Origin: Pseudomonadota bacterium
GTDB taxonomy: Bacteria; Pseudomonadota; Alphaproteobacteria; Rhizobiales; Beijerinckiaceae
Length of the DNA: 64,000 nucleotides
Assembly (NCBI GenBank): GCA_023426505.1
Contig: JAFAAP010000145.1
Location: 3,970-67,969, forward strand
Direction of reading: 5' to 3'
Part shown: positions 36,101 to 42,660 of the stretch, one piece after another
How the letters are laid out: each line of letters opens with the position of its first letter
Numbering within the stretch: position 1 is the first letter of the stretch
The notes under the pieces: generated by a model
What the model was told of the DNA's origin: nothing
Database searches by the model: none
Seen by the model: the letters and a program-made list of their open reading frames with translations, nothing else
Program-made: the position numbers and the translations under genes

Positions 36101-38024
36101 GCAGGGCGGCCTCGATCAGCTCCTGGATCTCGTCGATGTCGATGGCGCCGCCCGAGGCCCGCTCCAGGGTCATGTCGTGCAGCCACACCCGGTCCATGCC
36201 GGACACGCCGGCCGAGACGACCCGGTAGGTCCTCTCGTTGACGACCCGGAAGCCGAGATTCTCGAGGAGCGGCACGCGCTCCGAGAGTGGCAGGGCGGTG
36301 TTGCGCGAGAACACCTTCAGGTTGACGCGGGTCTGGTCGTCGCCCTCGCGGCGGTAGAGGTCGACCGCGCGCGGACGCGCCTCGGAGAGCTGCTCCAGGA
36401 TCGCCACGTCGGCGATGGCCTGCTCCGCCCCGAAGGCCTCGCGATAGGCGGCGCTGAAGGCGTCCGCATAGCGGTGCGCGAGCGCGCGGGCCCGGGCGCC
36501 GCCGACGCTGTCGTCGAGCTGGTCGCGCAGCGCGTCGGCCCAGGTCCGGACGATGCTGGAGATGCCCGATTCGAGGGTCTCGCGGGGGACCTGGGGCGTC
36601 TTGCCCTCGTCGCGCCCGATGATGAAGTGCGTGCGCGATAGCGGGCCTTCCGGATAGGCCGGATAGGAGGCCGAGACGCGCCCCTCGTAGACCTGCGCCA
36701 GGAACTCGCCGATGCGGCGGCGGGCGCTCGTGTCGTAGCGGTCCTTCGGCACGAAGACGAGCACCGACACGAAGCGGTCGAACTCGTCGGCGCGCGCCAG
36801 CGCCCGCACCCGCGGCCGCTCGGACAGGTTCATGATCTCGATGGCGAACCCGTAGAGGGTTTCCTCGTCGATCTGGAACAGCTCGTCGCGCGGGTAGTTC
36901 TCGAGCACGTTGAGGAGCCCGCGGCCCGCATAGCTCGACGGATCGAACCCGGCGCGGGCGATGACCTTCGCCACCTTGTGGCGCAGGTACGGCACCTCGC
37001 TGGCGGAGCTCGTATAGGCGCTCGCCGTGAACAGGCCGACGATGCGCAGCTCGCCCTGGAGCCGGCCGTCGCCGTCGAACAGCTTGACGCCGATGTAGTC
37101 CAGATGCGCCCGGCGGTGGACGCGCGACTTCACGTTGGCCTTGGTGATGATGAGCGCCTTGGGGCGCGCCAGGAAGGCGCGGATCTCGGGCGTGATCGCC
37201 ACGAGCTCGCGGCCGCGCCGGAGCACGCGCATGGAGGGATCGCGCAGGAGGCCGAGCCCCGAGCCCTCGACCGGGTCGGCGGCGGCGTCACCTTCGGGCA
37301 GGCGGTACTCGCGAATGCCCAGGAAGGTGAAGTTGTCGCGGGCGATCCAGTCCAGGAAGGCGACCGCCTCCTTGATTTCGTCCTCCGGCAGAGGCGGAGG
37401 GTTGAGCCGGTAGTTGTGCACGATCTCGGTGACGCGGGCCCGCATGCTGGGCCAGTCGTGCACCGCGAGGCTCACGTCCTTGTGGACGCGCTGCAGGGCC
37501 TCGGTCAGGCGGGTGCGGGCCTCGGCATCGTCGATGCGCGGCAGATGGATATGGATGAAGCTTTCCCGCTTCACCCCGATCCGCGACGAGGCCGTAGCCT
37601 CGCCCACGAGCCGCACGAGGCCGCCGCTCGCATCGCGCTCGACCGCAAGGATCGGATGGGCGACGAGCAGCGCGTCGTATCCCTCGTCGACGATCTCGGC
37701 GAGCGTCGAATCGAGCAGGAACGGCATGTTGTCGTTGACGACCTCCAGCACCGTCACGTCTCGGCGGCGCCCGCCGCGCTCGACCTCGAGGTCGATCAGC
37801 CGGACGTCGGGCGTGCCGGCTTTCCGCGGCGCCTTGAGATGCTCGTAGGCTTCCGTTGCGAGATCCGCGAGGGACTTCGGGGAGTAGCAGGCGAGATCCT
37901 CCGGCGGCACGCGCCCGAACAGATCCTGCAGGAAGGTCGATGGAATGGGCCGTTGGCCGGATTCCAGGACTGCGACGGCCTCGGCCGTCAACTCGCTTCC
38001 GCTGGTCGGCGTTTCCAGCTTCAT
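33189..38024 (-). CDS. gdhZ: Large (about 1600-aa) NAD-specific glutamate dehydrogenase
   Basis: 1611 aa from MKLETPTSG. The size and conserved blocks (…[39 protein letters not shown]…, …[12 protein letters not shown]…) are typical of the GdhZ/GdhB class. Confidence 0.9.
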   Translation of the reverse strand: [1611 protein letters not shown]

Positions 38025-38202
38025 GCGCGCACCCTCTTCTGTGGTCGTTTGGGGAGCGTTGCCACAGTCCGAGTGCACGCGCAACAGAAGCCTGCCGTTC
38101 CAAGCGCGGCACGGTTAAGTCTTTGACGCAAACGACCGTTTAAGTCGCGCAAGCCGCGCGAACAGCAGTTTTATGTCGCGGGTCTCGTTCAGAGGTCCGG
38201 GC

Positions 38203-38231
38203 AAAAAGAAAGCCGCCTCGTGAAAGGCGGC
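38203..38231 (-). terminator. Rho-independent terminator (minus-strand orientation)
   Basis: On the minus strand: GCCGCCT-ttcacg-AGGCGGC followed by TTTCTTTTT. Confidence 0.6.
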
Positions 38232-38360
38232 GGTTGTTCTCGACGGTTGGGAAGTGGCCCGGCCCGCCAAACGACCCGGAGGGCTGGGGGGCTGACGTGT
38301 CCAGGGCGGTCAAGGAGCCGGGCCGTCGAGGCAACACTAGAATAGTCGGTTTCTAGTGGG
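38203..38360 (-). ncRNA. Candidate small RNA of about 155 nt, three hairpins, family unassigned
   Basis: Minus-strand order: 8-bp hairpin CACTAGAA/TTCTAGTG (38335-38358); a 92-nt irregular long hairpin closed by CTCGACGG/CCGTCGAG and CCCGGC/GCCGGG (38239-38330); then the terminator. No same-strand gene lies upstream, because the next gene is divergent. The 5' end is only estimated. Confidence 0.4.
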
Positions 38361-38493
38361 GCTACGTAACGGCACGAATGCGGCAACAATAAGATTCGCC
38401 TGACGAAGCCGTGAGCGAGAAAGCGTTAACGGGTTGATCCGACACTGCATCGGACCCACTATCAGAAAAGCATCGCGCTTCACAGGAGGGATC

Positions 38494-38868
38494 ATGAGCG
38501 AAGGTGACACCGCAGAGCCGTTGCGCGGCGGCACAGGGTCGGCCCAGATCCTCCCCTTCCCCGCCGCGCAGAGACAGGTCTCCTTCAACCGGGGCGAACT
38601 CCAGACCATTCTCAACCTCTACGGCCGCAAGGTTGCGGAGGGCGAATGGCGCGACTACGCCATCGACTTCCTGGCCGACAAGGCCGTTTTCTCCATCTAC
38701 CGACGCACCTCCGAGGTTCCGCTCTACCGGATCGAGAAGGATCCGAAGCTCGCCAAGAAGCAGGGCGCTTATTCGGTCGTCGTGTCGTCGGGGCTGATCC
38801 TCAAGCGCGGTCACGAGCTCGACCGCGTGCTCAACGTGCTCGACAAGAAGCTGAAGGTCGTGTCCTGA
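38494..38868 (+). CDS. DUF2794-like conserved alphaproteobacterial protein
   Basis: AGGAGGG RBS upstream. ...VSFNRGELQTILNLYGRKVAEGEWRDYAIDF...AVFSIYRRTSEVPLYRIEK matches the family pattern as I recall it. Confidence 0.65.
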   Translation: MSEGDTAEPLRGGTGSAQILPFPAAQRQVSFNRGELQTILNLYGRKVAEGEWRDYAIDFLADKAVFSIYRRTSEVPLYRIEKDPKLAKKQGAYSVVVSSGLILKRGHELDRVLNVLDKKLKVVS

Positions 38869-39393
38869 TCAGGCGCCCCGCCTCGGGCGCTCCATCAGGA
38901 AGTGGATGTCGGTTTCCCCGACCGGCAGGAAGCCGTGCCGCCGATAGAGCGAGCCGACCGGATTCCACTTGAGATACTGGAGCCTGACCGGGATCCCGGC
39001 CTCGTCCGCGAGAGCGAGGACGTGTTGAAGAATCCTGGTTCCGAGCCCCTGTCGATGCTCCTCCGGCACAAGATAGAACTCGTCGAAGCGAATGTGATCG
39101 TCCGACCGGGTGAGGGCGATTGTCCCGACCGCCCGGCCATCCCGCACGATGCGAAAGAAGCACCGCTCGGCGAAGCGTTTCAGGTGGTGTGACCACTGGA
39201 AATCGTGATCCCACCATCCCCACCGCTGCACGACATGCGGTCCGATGGCCGCGCGCTTCACCTCGTATGCGAAGAGGACGTCCGCCTCGTTCGACGGATG
39301 CAGCGGCTCGAAGCGCACGTCAGGCCCGAGAGCGGCCGGCGGAAAGGGGATCGGGTCGAGCGCCACGGGCGGCCTCCGGTGTCCGGGCCTCAC
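38869..39393 (-). CDS. GNAT-family N-acetyltransferase
   Basis: The acetyl-CoA motif region FYLVPEEHRQGLGTRILQHVL (R/Q-x-x-G-x-G/A) is present. Confidence 0.75.
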   Translation of the reverse strand: MRPGHRRPPVALDPIPFPPAALGPDVRFEPLHPSNEADVLFAYEVKRAAIGPHVVQRWGWWDHDFQWSHHLKRFAERCFFRIVRDGRAVGTIALTRSDDHIRFDEFYLVPEEHRQGLGTRILQHVLALADEAGIPVRLQYLKWNPVGSLYRRHGFLPVGETDIHFLMERPRRGA

Positions 39394-39431
39394 AGACTAC
39401 CGGCGGAGGGTCCCTCGTTCAAACCGTCGCC

Positions 39432-39974
39432 TCAGGGAATGGCGCGCGTCGGCGGCTCGGACATGCCCAGACCCAGGGGCCGGTGCATCAGCACCGTCGA
39501 GAGCCAGCGCCCGTGCTTGTAGCCGATGCCCTTGATGATGCCGGCGAGCGCGAACCCCATGCTCCGGTGCAGGCCGATCGAGCCGTGCGAGTCCTCGTCC
39601 CCGATCACCGCCACCATCAGGCGGAAGTCCCGCGCCTCGCTCTCCGTGATCAGCGCCTCGAGAAGCTTGCGTCCGACGCCCTGCCGGCGGGCGGCCGGAT
39701 CGATATAGATCGAGTCCTCCACGGTGGAGCGATAGGCAGGCCGCGGCCGGTAAGGCCCGGCATAGGCATAGCCGAGGATCTCGCCGTCCTGTTCGGCCAC
39801 CAGATAGGGAAAGCCGCCCTCGAGGAGCACGGCGCGCCGGCGGGTCATTTCCGCCTGGTCGGGCGGTTCGAGCTCGAACGATGCGGTGCCGTGGGTGACC
39901 GCGTGGGCGTAGATCGCCGTGATGCGGGGAAGGTCGGAATCGACGGAGGGGCGGACGAGAAGGCTCATGGGCAT
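39432..39974 (-). CDS. GNAT acetyltransferase, phosphinothricin/methionine-sulfoximine N-acetyltransferase (PAT)-like
   Basis: VRPSVDSDLPRITAIYAHAVTHGTASFELEPP...GYAYAGPYRPRPAYRSTVEDSIYIDPAARRQGVGRKLL is a typical PAT/YwnH pattern. Confidence 0.8.
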   Translation of the reverse strand: MPMSLLVRPSVDSDLPRITAIYAHAVTHGTASFELEPPDQAEMTRRRAVLLEGGFPYLVAEQDGEILGYAYAGPYRPRPAYRSTVEDSIYIDPAARRQGVGRKLLEALITESEARDFRLMVAVIGDEDSHGSIGLHRSMGFALAGIIKGIGYKHGRWLSTVLMHRPLGLGMSEPPTRAIP

Positions 39975-40052
39975 TCTCTAATTCAGTTTCCGACCGACGG
40001 GGAGTGGGAGCCGGCTGGGAAGACTGTCTTTTCCTCCCCGTTCGGCGCTAGC

Positions 40053-41588
40053 ATGGCGGTTCATGTGAAAGGCTCGCATGTGAAAAAGCTCAGCCCGGGC
40101 GAAACGCGACCGCCCGCCCAGCCCCAGGCGCAAACCGCCGTCGTCTGGACCGCCATCCTGGCCTCCAGCATGGTGTTCGCAGACGGCGCCATCGTGACCG
40201 TCGCGATCCCGCAGATGCGCGCGAGCCTGCACGCGTCCCTGTCCGAGATGCAGTGGGTCACCAACGCCTATGCGCTGACCCTGTCGGCCTTCCTGCTGCT
40301 CGGCGGCGCGGCCGGCGACGCCTACGGGCTGAGAAGGATCTTCATGATCGGCATCGCGTGCTTCGGGCTCACCTCCCTGTGGTGCGGCCTGTCCCAGTCG
40401 CCCGGGATGCTGATCCTCGCCCGGGCCTTTCAGGGCATCGGCGGCGCCCTGCTGGTGCCGGGTTCGCTCGCGCTGATCAGCGCCCATTTCCCGCCGGAGG
40501 CGCGCGGCAAGGCCATCGGCACCTGGGCGGCGGCCTCCGCCATCGCGGCGGCGCTCGGGCCGATCCTCGGCGGCTGGCTGATCGATGTCGGCCCCTGGCA
40601 GACGATCTTCTGGATCAACCTTCCGGTGGCCGCGCTGGCGCTCTGGCTGTGCTGGCAGCGCGTCCCCGACAGCCCAGCGGCGGGCGACGCCTCCATGGAC
40701 TGGGTCGGCGGCGCCCTGGCGGTGGCGGCCCTCGGGCTCCTCGCCTACTGGCTGACGGCTCTGGGCGAGCGGGAGAGCAGCCGGACCATGGCGGCCCTGC
40801 TCGCCCTCGCGGGCCTGTGCGCTCTGGGAGCGTTCGTCCTGTACGAGAAGCGGACCACGGCCCCGATGATGCCGCTCGACCTCTTTCGCGTTCCGGCCTT
40901 CGCCAACGTCAATGCCCTGACGCTGCTGCTCTATTTCGCGCTCAGCGGCGCCCTGTTCTTCCTGCCGACGGTCCTGATCGAAGCCCACGGCTATTCGGCC
41001 GCCGAGGCGGGCTCCGTCTTTCTCCCCTTCACCATCGTCATGGCGGCCCTGTCCCGGTTCGGCGGCACGATGGCGGACCGGTTCGGCGTCCGGACGCTGC
41101 TGACAGTCGGTCCCATCGTCACGGGGGCGAGCTTCGCGCTACTCGTCCCGGCTGTCTCCCAAGGAAGCTACTGGCTGGCCGTCGCGCCGGTCATGGCGCT
41201 GATGGGGCTCGGCATGGGCATCACGGTCGCGCCTTTGTCGACGACGGTCATGAACGCCGTCGCCGATGACCGGATCGGGATCGCGTCGGGCATCAACAAC
41301 GCGGTCTCGCGGGTCGCGGGTCTGGTCGCGGTCGCAGGGCTCGGGGCGGTCGCCACGTTCGGCTTCCAGTTGGCCGCCGCCTGGTCGGCACCAGGGACGG
41401 CGGAGAGCTTCGCGCAGGCGACCTTCGGGGCGGCGCCCTCTGGCGCGCTGCGGGACCAATACGCGACGGCCATGATCGGAGGGTTCGGGCTCGTGGCTCT
41501 GATCTGCTGCGCCGCCGCCTCTGCAAGCGCCTGGTTCGGCCATCGCTCGGCGCCCCCGCAGGCCGCGGAGCGGACGGAAACCTCATAA
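40053..41588 (+). CDS. MFS transporter, DHA2 family (third in window)
   Basis: Start trimmed to the ATG at 40053. ...DGAIVTVAIPQMRASLHASLSEMQWVTNAYALTLSAFLLLGGAAGDAYGLRR, 14-TMS pattern. Confidence 0.85.
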   Translation: MAVHVKGSHVKKLSPGETRPPAQPQAQTAVVWTAILASSMVFADGAIVTVAIPQMRASLHASLSEMQWVTNAYALTLSAFLLLGGAAGDAYGLRRIFMIGIACFGLTSLWCGLSQSPGMLILARAFQGIGGALLVPGSLALISAHFPPEARGKAIGTWAAASAIAAALGPILGGWLIDVGPWQTIFWINLPVAALALWLCWQRVPDSPAAGDASMDWVGGALAVAALGLLAYWLTALGERESSRTMAALLALAGLCALGAFVLYEKRTTAPMMPLDLFRVPAFANVNALTLLLYFALSGALFFLPTVLIEAHGYSAAEAGSVFLPFTIVMAALSRFGGTMADRFGVRTLLTVGPIVTGASFALLVPAVSQGSYWLAVAPVMALMGLGMGITVAPLSTTVMNAVADDRIGIASGINNAVSRVAGLVAVAGLGAVATFGFQLAAAWSAPGTAESFAQATFGAAPSGALRDQYATAMIGGFGLVALICCAAASASAWFGHRSAPPQAAERTETS

Positions 41589-41618
41589 AAGAAAAAGCCC
41601 CGGCCTTTCGGCCGGGGC
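41588..41618 (-). terminator. Rho-independent terminator between convergent genes (U-tract on minus strand; may act bidirectionally)
   Basis: GCCCCGGCC-tttc-GGCCGGGGC (41597-41618). On the minus strand it is followed by TTTTTCTTTT. Confidence 0.65.
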
Positions 41619-41644
41619 TTCGAACTCTTCGCGTTCCGCCGTTC

Positions 41645-42427
41645 TTACTCGTTGCGGTTGCCCACGAGGGCGAGCAGGAACTGGAACATGTTGATGAAGT
41701 CCAGGTAGAGCTGCAGGGCGCCGAACACCGACACCTTGGCGGCGGCCTCGGAGTCGAAGTTGCCGTACAGGTACATCTCCTTCAGCTTCTGCGTGTCGTA
41801 AGCCGTAAGGCCCGCGAAGAGCAGCACGCCGACCAGCGAGATGGCGAACTGCAGCGCGCTCGACACGAGGAAGATGTTCACGAGCGAGGCCAGGACGAGG
41901 CCGACCACGCCCATGATCAGGAACGAGCCGATGCCCGACAGGCTGCGGTTCGTGGTGTAGCCCCACAGCGACAGCGAGCCGAAGGCCGCCGCCGTGATGA
42001 AGAACACCTGCACGACGCTCGCGCCCGTGTAGCGGATGAGCAGCGTCGAGAGCGAGGCGCCCATCACGGCCGCGAAGGCGAAGAAGGTGCCGCGCGCGGA
42101 GGCCGCGCTCATCCGGTCCATCCGGAACGAGAACAGGAAGATGAACGCCAGCGGCGCCAGCGCCACGACCCACATCAGGGGCGAGCCGTAGAGGACGCGG
42201 CCGAACTCGGTCAGATAGACGCCGCCCATGCGGGCCGCGGCCATCGAGGGATCGCTCGTGGTGGCGAGCATGTTGACCCCGAGCGCCACCAGAGCCGAAA
42301 TGGCCAGGCCCAGGATCATGTTGTTGTAGACGCCGAGCATGAAGGCGCGCAGGCCCTGGTCGACCTGAGCCGCCGTCCGGGCAAAGCCGGTGCCAGTGGC
42401 GTATTGGTTTTGCTCATACGGTTGCAT
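41645..42427 (-). CDS. Bax inhibitor-1/YccA-family membrane protein
   Basis: ...QGLRAFMLGVYNNMILGLAISALVA..., seven TM segments, 260 aa. Confidence 0.85.
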   Translation of the reverse strand: MQPYEQNQYATGTGFARTAAQVDQGLRAFMLGVYNNMILGLAISALVALGVNMLATTSDPSMAAARMGGVYLTEFGRVLYGSPLMWVVALAPLAFIFLFSFRMDRMSAASARGTFFAFAAVMGASLSTLLIRYTGASVVQVFFITAAAFGSLSLWGYTTNRSLSGIGSFLIMGVVGLVLASLVNIFLVSSALQFAISLVGVLLFAGLTAYDTQKLKEMYLYGNFDSEAAAKVSVFGALQLYLDFINMFQFLLALVGNRNE

Positions 42428-42660
42428 CGGAGTCCTTTCTCACGGTGTCCCGTCGTTGTTCCCTCGGAAGGCTGGAGGATCAGCCCCCGGTCGCCGCAAA
42501 TCCGGCAACGATCAGAATATGAGAGGTCGGGCCATCTTCCGCAAGAGGGAGGGCCAAGCTTCAAGTCTTCGTGATCCCAGCAGAATTCCTGCCGGTTGCG
42601 CCTTTCTTCGAGAAGAACCGGACGACGTCTTCGTATTGTCTGGCCCTTCGGGCAGAGACG

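Noticed and set aside
38025-38110. Sigma-54 (TGGCAC-N5-TTGC) promoter upstream of gdhZ
   Set aside because: Only partial GG/GC matches with wrong spacing were found when reading the minus strand, so there is no convincing -24/-12 element.
38239-38330. The long hairpin as SRP (4.5S) RNA or 6S RNA
   Set aside because: It has no GGAA/GNRA-capped domain IV motif (…GGUCCGGAAGGAAGCAGCC…) on either strand. It is also too short and wrongly organised for the 6S closing stem, central bubble and terminal stem. It is kept only as an unassigned sRNA candidate.
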